IMG/VR virus record: IMGVR_UViG_3300021135_000003 | DNA length: 64,000 nucleotides | Direction: 5' to 3' (one strand) | Source of the DNA: a virus | Part shown: positions 28,244 to 37,909 of the stretch, piece by piece | How the letters are laid out: each line of letters begins with the position of its first letter | Numbering within the stretch: the stretch's first letter is position 1 | The notes under the pieces: model-generated | What the model was told of the DNA's origin: nothing | The model's input: the letters and a program-made list of their open reading frames with translations, nothing else | Database searches by the model: none | Position numbers and translations under genes: made by a program

Positions 28244-29317
28244 ATGGCAAGCATCCTAGACAAAATCAAGAAGAACTCAACTATCAAAGACTCTGCGATT
28301 CTATCTGAATCAAAGTTCTTTAAGAAGAAGGATATGATTCCTACTTCAGTTCCAATTATCAACGTAGCCTTATCAGGTCGCCTTGATGGTGGACTTACTC
28401 CAGGTATTACTATGTGGGCTGGACCATCGAAACATTTTAAAACTGCCTTCAGTTTGTTGATGGCTAAATCTTATTTGGACAAATATCCCGATGCAGCACT
28501 TCTTTTCTACGATTCTGAATTTGGTACTCCTCAGTCTTATTTTGATACCTTTGGCATTGATACATCCCGAGTGGTTCACACTCCTCTTACAGACGTTGAA
28601 CAATTAAAGATTGATATCATGCAACAACTACAAAACGTAGAGCGTGGTGATCATCTTATTATTGTTATTGACTCTATTGGTAATCTTGCTTCTAAGAAAG
28701 AAGTTGAGGATGCATTGGAAGGTAAGTCTGTAGCAGATATGACCAGAGCAAAACAAATGAAGTCTTTGTTCCGTATGGTAACACCACACTTGAACTTAAA
28801 AGATATTCCTTTGGTTGTTGTTAATCACACCTATATGGAAATTGGTTTATTTCCAAAAGCAATTGTCGGTGGTGGTACTGGCGCAATGTATTCAGCAGAC
28901 AATGTCTATATCCTTGGACGTCAACAAGAAAAAGAAGGAACAGAGATTGTTGGTTATAACTTTATTATCAACGTAGAGAAGAGTCGTTATGTTAAAGAAA
29001 AATCTAAGATTCCTGTTAGTGTTACTTTTGAAGGTGGTCTTAGCAAGTGGTCTGGTTTATTGGATGTTGCTCTTGAGTCAGGACATGTTATTAAGCCATC
29101 TAATGGTTGGTACTCAAAAGTGGATCTTGAGACTGGGGTTGTAGAAGATAAAAAGTATCGTATTAAAGATACTGACTCAAAAGATTTCTGGCTACCAATT
29201 CTTACAAGTAAATCATTCTATGATTTTATCAAGAACAAATATTCAATTGGTCAGGGTGAAGTAATGATGCGTGATGACCTTGATGAAGCACTTGAGGCAT
29301 TGGCATTTGATGAGTGA
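28244..29317 (+). CDS. uvsX: RecA-like recombinase UvsX
   Basis: AGPSKHFKT, YDSEFG, DSIGNLAS, VNHTY, GGGTG. Confidence 0.96.
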   Translation: MASILDKIKKNSTIKDSAILSESKFFKKKDMIPTSVPIINVALSGRLDGGLTPGITMWAGPSKHFKTAFSLLMAKSYLDKYPDAALLFYDSEFGTPQSYFDTFGIDTSRVVHTPLTDVEQLKIDIMQQLQNVERGDHLIIVIDSIGNLASKKEVEDALEGKSVADMTRAKQMKSLFRMVTPHLNLKDIPLVVVNHTYMEIGLFPKAIVGGGTGAMYSADNVYILGRQQEKEGTEIVGYNFIINVEKSRYVKEKSKIPVSVTFEGGLSKWSGLLDVALESGHVIKPSNGWYSKVDLETGVVEDKKYRIKDTDSKDFWLPILTSKSFYDFIKNKYSIGQGEVMMRDDLDEALEALAFDE

Positions 29318-29627
29318 CCATCTTGCAAAACCTTATATCCTTGTTGAGAATCGCAAAACAGGACATGATGCGATAAAGTTGACTTCTGGACCATTTCAGG
29401 GTATAATATATTCTTACGGTAAAGTTAAGTTTGAAGAGCAACATGATGATACTTGCAAACTTAATTTTGAGTATGAAGTCCATAATAATCAAATAGAATA
29501 TAACAAAGAAGAATTCGAATTCTATATTGGTGAACTTCTTCAGTTTATTATGGCAGAAGAACTACAAAGAAATAATATTACTTACACTGGCGGAATTGAT
29601 GAGAATAGAAACGAAGATTCTGAGTAA
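29310..29627 (+). CDS. gp40-like head vertex assembly chaperone
   Basis: Syntenic between uvsX and gp41; G..YSYGKV.F…L.F.Y pattern. Confidence 0.55.
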   Translation: MSDHLAKPYILVENRKTGHDAIKLTSGPFQGIIYSYGKVKFEEQHDDTCKLNFEYEVHNNQIEYNKEEFEFYIGELLQFIMAEELQRNNITYTGGIDENRNEDSE

Positions 29628-30987
29628 TCTTGTATATGATGAGCAGTATTGTCGTAAGGTAATCCCATTCATTAGAACAGATTACTTTTCAGAAAGAAAA
29701 GAAGCGATCCTTGCCAAAGTTATTTTGGATTTCTTTACGAAGTATAATAAACCACTGACTAAAGAAATTCTATCAATTGAGGTAGGAAACCGAACTGACA
29801 TTAATGACAAAGAACTTTCTGAGATTAATAGTTATGTAGATACTATGACTCATGAGGATGTTAATGAATCATGGATGTTGGAACAAACTGAGAAGTTCTG
29901 TAAAGATAAGGCTGTCTATAATGCAATTCTACACTCGATCCGAATCATTGATGGCGGAGATAAAGTTAACACCAAAGATTCCATACCTTCTATCCTTTCT
30001 GATGCTCTTGCCATCTCTTTCGATAATCACGTTGGTCATGATTACATCGAAGATAGTGATGCACGTTATGACTTCTATCACCGAATTGAAGAAAAGATTC
30101 CTTTCGATTTAGATATGTTTAATAAGATTACCAAAGGTGGTTTATCCAAGAAAACTTTAAACATTGTTTTGGCTGGTACTGGTGTTGGTAAATCTTTGTT
30201 TATGTGTCACGTTGCTGCTGGAGTATTAACTGCTAGTAAGAATGTTCTTTACATTACTATGGAAATGGCTGAGGAAAGAATCGCTGAGCGTATTGATGCG
30301 AACTTGTTGAATCTTACTATGGATGAGTTGAAAGTTATTGATAAAGATATCTTTGATAATCGTATCAATAAGATCTCTGGTAAAACACAGGGTAAATTAA
30401 TCGTTAAAGAATATCCAACTGCAGGTGCTCATGCTGGTCACTTTAGAGCATTGCTTGAAGAGTTGAAGTTGAAGCGTGAGTTTCTTCCTGACATTATCTT
30501 CATTGACTATCTAAACATTTGCGCAAGTCAGCGTATGAAGCAAGGTGGAAGTATTAATTCTTATACATATATTAAGAGTATCGCTGAAGAGTTACGTGGT
30601 TTGGCAGTAGAATATAATGTTCCAATTGTTTCTGCCACGCAAACTACTCGAAGCGGATTCACAAATAGCGATCCAGGTTTGGAAGATACTTCTGAATCGT
30701 TTGGATTACCAGCCACTGCTGACCTTATGTTTGCGCTAGTATCTAATGAAGAACTTGAACAGTTGAATCAGATTGTTGTTAAGCAGTTAAAGAATCGTTA
30801 TAACGATCCAAGTTTTTACAAGAGATTCGTCATTGGTGTTGATAGAGCCAAGATGAAGTTATATGATGTTGAGGCATCTGCTCAAGTAGGTTTATCTGAC
30901 TCAGGTCAAGATGATGTTCCTATGTTTGACAAAAGTGAATTTGGAAAGCGTCAGAAAGCAGAAGGTTTCAGTGGGTTTAAGTTTTAG
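29599..30987 (+). CDS. gp41: Replicative helicase gp41
   Basis: AGTGVGKS, TMEMAE, KEYPT, IDYLNI, SATQTTR, SESFGLP, LKNRY. Confidence 0.96.
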   Translation: MRIETKILSNLVYDEQYCRKVIPFIRTDYFSERKEAILAKVILDFFTKYNKPLTKEILSIEVGNRTDINDKELSEINSYVDTMTHEDVNESWMLEQTEKFCKDKAVYNAILHSIRIIDGGDKVNTKDSIPSILSDALAISFDNHVGHDYIEDSDARYDFYHRIEEKIPFDLDMFNKITKGGLSKKTLNIVLAGTGVGKSLFMCHVAAGVLTASKNVLYITMEMAEERIAERIDANLLNLTMDELKVIDKDIFDNRINKISGKTQGKLIVKEYPTAGAHAGHFRALLEELKLKREFLPDIIFIDYLNICASQRMKQGGSINSYTYIKSIAEELRGLAVEYNVPIVSATQTTRSGFTNSDPGLEDTSESFGLPATADLMFALVSNEELEQLNQIVVKQLKNRYNDPSFYKRFVIGVDRAKMKLYDVEASAQVGLSDSGQDDVPMFDKSEFGKRQKAEGFSGFKF

Positions 30988-30996
30988 GAGAATAAT

Positions 30997-32313
30997 ATGG
31001 TAAAAGTAATTGTAGCTGAACAGAAACACAATTGTGAAGATCTTCTTGGTAAGTTTGTTGACGAATCACATTATGATCATCTTATCGAAGAAGATACTGA
31101 TGTTTATATGCCACCACAATTTGGTGAAGATCCAATCTCAGAGAAACGAATTGTATTAAAGTTTAGGAAAAACTATTTTAGTAAAGAACAACAAGATGCC
31201 GCATATGTCGGACTTAGAGAAGCAGCGATTCGCACAGAGAATCGTGGACTTGCTTCTGGTATCAAAGATGGCATTCTTGCCACAACTGAAGGTCGCGAGT
31301 GGGTCACAAACTACCAACAGGAAATGATGGATGCGTTGCTAAAGAATCGAAACTCTGCTCTTGATGAAGAAGATGTTATTGATGTTATTCGTGCCAAGTA
31401 TCCTACTGAAACTGATAAGCGTATGGCAGGTGGTAGTGGTAAAAACAACGTATGGGTTATCTCACGTTTCCGTGGAACTAAGTTTGATTTTGAAGCATGG
31501 CTAGATACTATCAAACCACTTGGTCGTCAGAATCGTGCTGAGGCATGTGAAGATGTTATGGAAATGATTAGTACCACTACCTATGGTACTGCAGTTAATT
31601 CTGGTATCGCTGGTTGGTTCGATCGTTATCCTCGCATTCCTTATGGTCGTGCCACTTCCTATACTCGTGACAACTTTGATAAGTTTGTAATGTCATATCC
31701 ATTCCTGCAGAATCTTGCTGAAGGATTTAAAAATCTTTTACCTCAACGCTATGCTGCACAAATGAAAGCAGCAAACAAACTAGATCCAAGGTTCTTAGTT
31801 CCAGGAACACCATTCACAACAGTAACTGTTAATAAAACATTTAGAACTGCGGCACATAGAGATGCTGGTGATTTGAATGAGGGTTTATCTAATCTGTTAA
31901 CATTATCCAATGATGGTAATTACACTGGTGGATATTTGATTGCTCCTGAGTATCGAATTGCAGTTAATCCACGTCCAGGAGATTTGCTTCTAATCAATAA
32001 TCACGAAGTTATGCATGGCAATACACCTATTGTTTGCGCAGAAGGTTCTGAGCGTATATCATTGGTTGTGTATTTCCGTGAGAAAATGTTAGAACTTGGT
32101 TCTTTTGAATATGAAGACTGTCGTTATAATTTTGTTGAACATCGTAGACGTAATCACGAGCATCCAATGTGGCAAAAACTTTGGAATGGTGTATCAGAAT
32201 CTATGTGGACTAGTCAAGAATGGTATGATTACTGCGAAGAAAAACTTGGTCGTGAGGAATTAATGAAATATCATCCAGAAGCAAATTCTTCTTCACTTGA
32301 GGATTTCTTTTAA
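30997..32313 (+). CDS. TET/JBP-family 2OG-Fe(II) nucleic-acid base dioxygenase
   Basis: FTTVTVN..FRTAAHRDAGD (HxD), GGYL..PE, GDLLL…HGNT (distal His), RISLVVYFRE (2OG-binding Arg). Confidence 0.85.
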   Translation: MVKVIVAEQKHNCEDLLGKFVDESHYDHLIEEDTDVYMPPQFGEDPISEKRIVLKFRKNYFSKEQQDAAYVGLREAAIRTENRGLASGIKDGILATTEGREWVTNYQQEMMDALLKNRNSALDEEDVIDVIRAKYPTETDKRMAGGSGKNNVWVISRFRGTKFDFEAWLDTIKPLGRQNRAEACEDVMEMISTTTYGTAVNSGIAGWFDRYPRIPYGRATSYTRDNFDKFVMSYPFLQNLAEGFKNLLPQRYAAQMKAANKLDPRFLVPGTPFTTVTVNKTFRTAAHRDAGDLNEGLSNLLTLSNDGNYTGGYLIAPEYRIAVNPRPGDLLLINNHEVMHGNTPIVCAEGSERISLVVYFREKMLELGSFEYEDCRYNFVEHRRRNHEHPMWQKLWNGVSESMWTSQEWYDYCEEKLGREELMKYHPEANSSSLEDFF

Positions 32314-33017
32314 TGTGTAGCGTTATTGGTGCTTTGATTCAGAATCCTACTGAAAAGGATTTTGAATCTATCCGTAAAGTATTTCTTGAGTCAAAGATTC
32401 GAGGAATGCACGCAACTGGTTTATCTTATATTAAAGATAATAAGATTATTACATTTAAAGAAGCAGTTCCTGCAGATAAATTTATTCATTTAGATAATTT
32501 AGAGGAGATGGTCAATGACGATGGTAATCTTTACCTTATTGGTCACTGTAGATATTCTACTAGCGATTTATTGTATAATCAGCCGATAGCAAGCGAAACC
32601 CATTCTATTGTTCATAATGGAGTTATCACTCAAGAACTTCCAGAGAACTGGAGTAAGATATTTCATTATCCTTGTGAAACAAAGAATGATTCTGAATTAG
32701 TTTTACATTCTGATAATGCTCTTGGTGAATATCCAGATGCATCTATGGCAGTTTGTGAGTTGTCACTAAAAAAAGAACTTACTGTTTTTAGAAATGGTAA
32801 ACGTCCATTATATTTGACTTCTTTAGTAAATGGAGTTATAATTACTTCTACTGCAGATATTCCTAAACGTGCAGGTATTAGAATGCCAGCAGTAGAAGTG
32901 CCAATGAATACTTACCTCACGTTTGATTCAAATATGACAATGAATGTTAATCTTGTTAAGACTAACAAACCAGATTTACAAAAGGTAAACTATGAGACTG
33001 AAGAAATATCCAACTGA
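32313..33017 (+). CDS. Class II (Ntn) glutamine amidotransferase
   Basis: N-terminal Cys2 (MCSVIG), RG.HATG, GHCRYST, NQP, HNGVI, NDSE. Confidence 0.88.
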   Translation: MCSVIGALIQNPTEKDFESIRKVFLESKIRGMHATGLSYIKDNKIITFKEAVPADKFIHLDNLEEMVNDDGNLYLIGHCRYSTSDLLYNQPIASETHSIVHNGVITQELPENWSKIFHYPCETKNDSELVLHSDNALGEYPDASMAVCELSLKKELTVFRNGKRPLYLTSLVNGVIITSTADIPKRAGIRMPAVEVPMNTYLTFDSNMTMNVNLVKTNKPDLQKVNYETEEISN

Positions 33018-33873
33018 TAAATTTACTTACGGAATGGAGATAGAGTGGGGTGATGTGCCTCGCTCTTTTTCAATTCCAGAACATCTCGGAACTTGGGAAC
33101 ACTCAGAACGAGATATTATTAACTTAAGAGAGCCATATCAATATGTCTGCGCTGACCCACTTGGTGAATCTCCTCCAGTCGGTGGGGAAATTAATACTAA
33201 ACCGACTAAGACTTGGGAAGAGCAGGTTGATCGCTACTTTGAACTCAAACAGTTATTTGAGAAGGAAGGACACCCACCTACTGTTGGTGCTACTGCTCAT
33301 ACTCATATTCATTGCCGTGTACCGAATCTCCGAAATGATATCAATGCTCTGAAGCGTTTGACAAAGTATATTAAAGAAAACCAACACCAAGCAGTTGAAC
33401 ACGTCTATGGTTACTTTGAACATAATCAAATGAAAGGTGCCAAAGGCGCAAAAATGTATTTGAAGTTTGATGGTGGTCGAACTCTGCCTGACTATATGGC
33501 TGATAACATTATTAATCTAGCGACTGACTTTGATTCATTCATTAAGATGCACGCTGCAGGTAAAGATGGAGTATCAATGGGTCGCCCATTCCGCTACGCT
33601 ATTAATATGTACGCACTGAAGCATATCGATACGGTAGAGTTTAGATTGTTCCGTGGTACAATGGATCGTACGGAACTTGAATCGTGTTTCCGATTTGTTC
33701 AAGACTTTCTTGATGCTGCGTTGAATACTGGTGAATCAGTAGTACAATTAATTTCAAATAATAATTATAAATTCCCTCCAATGATTTGGGATCTTCATCA
33801 GTTTATTGGTTGGGAGAAAACAAAACATCCAGAAGATCGTGGAGAAAAAGTAAGAACATATGTTGAAGTATAA
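32992..33873 (+). CDS. Putative amidoligase (glutamine synthetase/GCS2-like COOH-NH2 ligase)
   Basis: TYGMEIEW (ExE), GGEINT.P, HIH, RYAIN, TVEFRLF. Confidence 0.78.
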   Translation: MRLKKYPTDKFTYGMEIEWGDVPRSFSIPEHLGTWEHSERDIINLREPYQYVCADPLGESPPVGGEINTKPTKTWEEQVDRYFELKQLFEKEGHPPTVGATAHTHIHCRVPNLRNDINALKRLTKYIKENQHQAVEHVYGYFEHNQMKGAKGAKMYLKFDGGRTLPDYMADNIINLATDFDSFIKMHAAGKDGVSMGRPFRYAINMYALKHIDTVEFRLFRGTMDRTELESCFRFVQDFLDAALNTGESVVQLISNNNYKFPPMIWDLHQFIGWEKTKHPEDRGEKVRTYVEV

Positions 33874-34366
33874 AGTAATAGAAGATTGTGTATCAAGAGA
33901 TTTGCAAAACAAATATTTGGAGATCTCAGAAGGTATACATTGGACCTATAATAAAACTTGTATACATCCTTTAGATATTCCAATTCAGAATGAAACTACA
34001 TTTGATGTTGGACAACTAACATGTAGAGTTCCAGAACACGATTATAATTTGTTCCTCCCTCTTCTAGATCATTTTGAACAATACTCTAAAATTAATCGCA
34101 TAAAATATAATTTGTTATGGAGATGTTCTGAAACAAATAATAGACATACAAGTTTACATAAAGATGGTGATGACCAATGTATGAGTGCAGTATATTATGT
34201 TAATGATTCTGATGGAGATACCATCATAATTGATGGTGATGATGAATATAGAATTAAACCAAAGAAGGGATCTATTCTAATATTTCCTGCGCATCTAATT
34301 CATGCCTCATCTAACCCATCAAATGCGTTTGAGAGAATTTGTATAAATTTGGTAGTAACAAAATGA
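33860..34366 (+). CDS. 2OG-Fe(II) oxygenase
   Basis: HKD…YYVNDSDGDT…PKKG…F…HAS…RICIN. Confidence 0.8.
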   Translation: MLKYKVIEDCVSRDLQNKYLEISEGIHWTYNKTCIHPLDIPIQNETTFDVGQLTCRVPEHDYNLFLPLLDHFEQYSKINRIKYNLLWRCSETNNRHTSLHKDGDDQCMSAVYYVNDSDGDTIIIDGDDEYRIKPKKGSILIFPAHLIHASSNPSNAFERICINLVVTK

Positions 34367-34914
34367 AATTACTAAATTGCCCACGTGCGGATTTTATCGC
34401 AGCAATAACTACAGACAAAGAAGATAACTTTGCTAAGACGTTTGTTGCCAAAGCAGATATGCAAGACCAATGGGATTATTGTATTGGCGCATTCGATGGT
34501 AATGAATTAACTGCTGCAATTATCACCACAATATCAAAGACCAAACCTCATGTTGCAAACCTTCAACTGTTACATACATTTGCAAAACATAGAGGTAAAG
34601 GTTCAGCTCGATTACTTTGTGAAGATTCATTGAAGCGAGCAAGAGCCACTGGTGCTACATACTTCAGAGTATCTTCCGAGAAGACGGCAGTTGGTTTCTA
34701 TGAACGATTGGGTTTTAAGTTTTGGGGTACTCAAAAGAGTGGTTGCCAATTATCCATATTCAGGATAAATGGAGATAATTATTCAGAAGCTGATTACGAC
34801 TACTCCGATACAATTATCAACAAGGCTGTTAATCGCAAAGGTAAAGGTGGCTGTGTAACTCTGTTTAGTCTTGCAGAGGATCAGAAACAACTTGACTTTC
34901 ATTCATTTTTGTAG
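34363..34914 (+). CDS. GNAT acetyltransferase
   Basis: HRGKGSA acetyl-CoA motif; AVGFYERLGF. Confidence 0.85.
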   Translation: MKLLNCPRADFIAAITTDKEDNFAKTFVAKADMQDQWDYCIGAFDGNELTAAIITTISKTKPHVANLQLLHTFAKHRGKGSARLLCEDSLKRARATGATYFRVSSEKTAVGFYERLGFKFWGTQKSGCQLSIFRINGDNYSEADYDYSDTIINKAVNRKGKGGCVTLFSLAEDQKQLDFHSFL

Positions 34915-34920
34915 TATAAT
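34892..34920 (+). promoter_or_regulatory. Sigma70-type promoter inside the modification cluster
   Basis: TTGACT-N17-TATAAT. Confidence 0.65.
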
Positions 34921-34939
34921 ATAATTTTGGGAACACACT

Positions 34940-35260
34940 ATGACACACTTGAGAGAAGAAAATTTGGCAGTTGTTACAAGAAGAATTGCTGAGGATGCAT
35001 GGGTAACTAATCTTGATGGAACAAAATCAAGAGCAGTATCTTGGTGCAAATGCTGTAGGGTTCATAAACCTTTAAGTGCATTTTACTTAAAATCAAAGAG
35101 TACTAGAAAACATAAAAATGATGTTCGAGGATATTGTTGCATTTGTTTTGATGAACAAAACAAAAAAGCAAAAGAAATTCGTGAAGAACGAAATGCAGTC
35201 AAACAATTGAATATTCTGATCAATGAATTAAAGATAGAATTTGAGACTGCGAATCAGTAA
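34940..35260 (+). CDS. Zn-finger hypothetical protein
   Basis: CKCC..HKPLSAFY…YCCIC, resembling the Zn domain of endo VII/HNH-type proteins. Confidence 0.55.
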   Translation: MTHLREENLAVVTRRIAEDAWVTNLDGTKSRAVSWCKCCRVHKPLSAFYLKSKSTRKHKNDVRGYCCICFDEQNKKAKEIREERNAVKQLNILINELKIEFETANQ

Positions 35261-35823
35261 TGAATTTCGAACATATTTTTCCATCAGTTATAGGTTATGA
35301 GATTAATAAAGATTTAACAGATAACATTTTGCTTATTGCAAAAGAATATCTTTCTGATGATTCTAAGATAACCTATGAATGGAATTATAAAAACACATAT
35401 GGTAATATCTTAATAGATGATAAATTAAATTTTGTATATGAGAAGATAGCTGAACTATCAAATACATATTTGATAACCTCTAATATTAAACCACCAGAAA
35501 AATTAGAAATACAACTTTTCTTTAGTGAAATATACGGAAACGACACTCATGTTAAACACTCTCATCCAGGAGCATTACTTTCTGGATTATTTTATTTGAC
35601 TGTTCCAGATGATGCTGCTCCAATTATTTTTTATGATACGAGCCCACATTATGATTATATTCCGTATAATGCATTAAATCCATCTGATGACCGTAGGCAA
35701 TATATTATAAATCCAAAAGAAGGTATGGTTCTAATATGGAATTCTTGGTACCAGCATGAAGTTCCAAAATCAAATAGTATTAAACCAAGAATTACAGCAG
35801 TGTTTAATGTTGCTAGAAAATAA
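35260..35823 (+). CDS. 2OG-Fe(II) oxygenase (TIGR02466-like)
   Basis: HSHPGALLSGLFY…P.EG…SW..HEVP…RI…FN. Confidence 0.8.
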   Translation: MNFEHIFPSVIGYEINKDLTDNILLIAKEYLSDDSKITYEWNYKNTYGNILIDDKLNFVYEKIAELSNTYLITSNIKPPEKLEIQLFFSEIYGNDTHVKHSHPGALLSGLFYLTVPDDAAPIIFYDTSPHYDYIPYNALNPSDDRRQYIINPKEGMVLIWNSWYQHEVPKSNSIKPRITAVFNVARK

Positions 35824-36839
35824 TGGATTACAGACAACCTCAAAATAATAGAGAAGCGTTCATTCGCTGGTACGCATGGTCATTGAAGTATGATGACTGT
35901 GATCCAGCTGTTTGGTGCACGAACTATCTCAATAAGCGTTACGAGCATAATGATGAACAACGTCTTTGGCTCGCTTGGCTTTACGGTAACACTTATCAAC
36001 TACCAACTGCGTGGGTATTGATGAATGAATTTCCTGATTATGAATTAGCAACAGTTGATAGAATTACGCAGTGGAACTCAACAAATTATAAACGATTACG
36101 TTACCAAACTGATACCAAGTGGAACAAGGGGCATCTCCCTGCCATGTTTGCTTCATATCAGCAATTTATTGGTAACAAAACTCAACGAGAAAGAATGGAA
36201 GGGTTTTATGGAGACAATGAAGAGACAAACTTTGATAACCTGTGGGAAAGCGTTAAGTCTGGGCTGCATAAGTTTGGTCGCTATTCCACTTGGTTTTATC
36301 TTCAGCATCTTAAGCATACCGCTGGTATTCTTATCAGCCCTACTAGTCTCATGCTGGATGATTATGATGGCTCTCGGTCTCATCGTAATGGATTATTATG
36401 CGCCCTCGGCAGACATTACGATATGGATAGAAAACTCACTGAACAAGAGTATGCAACTCTTGAGTCAGAAGCCAGATCTATTCTCATCGAAACCAAAGAT
36501 AGATTCCCAGATTTGGAAACGCAAATAGATTTTTTTACAATGGAAACCTGTCTGTGTTCGTTTAAGAAAATCTTTAGAGCACATCATGGACGTTACCTTG
36601 GTTACTACTTAGATCGTCAGGCTGAAGAGATTATTAAAGCAGAGGGTGATGGTTGGTATGGTATTGATTGGGATGTTCTGTGGCAAGCACGTGAAGAAAC
36701 TATTGACTTACGTCTAGATCACAAAAGAGGAATCGATAAAGAAAAGTTTCCTGCATTTATAAATTCAGGTAAAATAGAAAACTTGGATTGGATGTTTGAT
36801 GATGAAGAACCTATGTTAATTGGATTGGAGAATTTTTAA
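35823..36839 (+). CDS. Amino acid:DNA transferase (alpha-glutamyl/putrescinyl-thymine pyrophosphorylase family)
   Basis: WL..LYG.TY, RYQTD.KW.KG, HhH-like FGRYSTWFYLQ.L, ET.LC.FKK and RY.GYY motifs. Confidence 0.75.
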   Translation: MDYRQPQNNREAFIRWYAWSLKYDDCDPAVWCTNYLNKRYEHNDEQRLWLAWLYGNTYQLPTAWVLMNEFPDYELATVDRITQWNSTNYKRLRYQTDTKWNKGHLPAMFASYQQFIGNKTQRERMEGFYGDNEETNFDNLWESVKSGLHKFGRYSTWFYLQHLKHTAGILISPTSLMLDDYDGSRSHRNGLLCALGRHYDMDRKLTEQEYATLESEARSILIETKDRFPDLETQIDFFTMETCLCSFKKIFRAHHGRYLGYYLDRQAEEIIKAEGDGWYGIDWDVLWQAREETIDLRLDHKRGIDKEKFPAFINSGKIENLDWMFDDEEPMLIGLENF

Positions 36840-37291
36840 TGGCTATTACTAAAGGTCAAATGACTGGACTTACTGGTGCTATGTATGAAGATATGAATCC
36901 TGCTAGTGTTTCAATTTCAAATACTGGTGCTATTACTGGAACTATTATTGGAGCAGCAGGTAGTACGATTACTACTGGAACAGGAATAAGTTCTATCTCA
37001 ATTCGAACAAGTGCTGATGAAATCTTTGATAGATATTCTTTAAATGAGTTTCTTGTTGAGCATCGTGTTCAAGAATTTGAACTTATGAAACTCCGTGAAA
37101 CCACTGTTGACTATGCTGATGTTATTAAAAATAATCTAGCAAAGACTGCTTCTAAAGAAATTATCAAGAAAATGACCTTCACAAAGAAACATGAGATTGA
37201 TAGTGATACTCATTCATTCCGTGGACGTGTTTGGGTATTTACGAAAGATGAACTAAACAAAATGATTGAGGAGATCAGAAATGGCATTTGA
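36839..37291 (+). CDS. Hypothetical protein with Thr/Gly-rich N-terminus
   Basis: Coupled ORF inside the cluster. Confidence 0.55.
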   Translation: MAITKGQMTGLTGAMYEDMNPASVSISNTGAITGTIIGAAGSTITTGTGISSISIRTSADEIFDRYSLNEFLVEHRVQEFELMKLRETTVDYADVIKNNLAKTASKEIIKKMTFTKKHEIDSDTHSFRGRVWVFTKDELNKMIEEIRNGI

Positions 37292-37889
37292 AGAACGTAT
37301 CGGCGCAACTGATATTATTACATTCGAAAGAACTACCATGGAAACAAAAGAACGAAAGATAGTTGCTGTCGGTGGATCTCCTGGAACTGGAAAGACTACG
37401 TTATTCCGTAAATATATGGAAGATAAACAGTGGATCGGAGTTGAGCCAGCAAAATTAGTATCAACAATGTATAATACCGAACGAGATCTTTATATCCTTG
37501 GTAAATACGAAGAGGGTGAAACCTTTGCTGGAACCGATCGCCTTTCTATGGCTGTTCAACCACCTCTTCAAGAATGGGTCGCTTCCCATAACTGCAATAT
37601 CCTTTTCGAGGGAGATCGGGTTTTCAACCAATCATTCCTAGAGTTCTGCATGGGTCTCCCAAATACCAAGCTAGAAGTGGTATTTCTAAAGGCTCCCAAA
37701 GATATTTTAGAACAACGCTATAAAGATCGTGGATCTGACCAGTCAGAACAATTCCTAAGAGGAAGAGAAACTAAATATAGTAACTTGATGTCTAATTTTG
37801 AACTTATGCCATATATTACTGAGTTTGTAAACACTAACTTAGAGGAGCAGGGGAAGGTTCTTGCATTTTTGGAGAAGCAGTTTAGTTAA
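37281..37889 (+). CDS. P-loop kinase, 5-hydroxymethyluracil DNA kinase-like
   Basis: GGSPGTGKTT; LGKY…FAGTDRLSM; FEGDR; R…RGS.Q; near the amino acid:DNA transferase. Confidence 0.72.
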   Translation: MAFEERIGATDIITFERTTMETKERKIVAVGGSPGTGKTTLFRKYMEDKQWIGVEPAKLVSTMYNTERDLYILGKYEEGETFAGTDRLSMAVQPPLQEWVASHNCNILFEGDRVFNQSFLEFCMGLPNTKLEVVFLKAPKDILEQRYKDRGSDQSEQFLRGRETKYSNLMSNFELMPYITEFVNTNLEEQGKVLAFLEKQFS

Positions 37890-37909
37890 GCAAGCATCTT
37901 CTGGGGATT

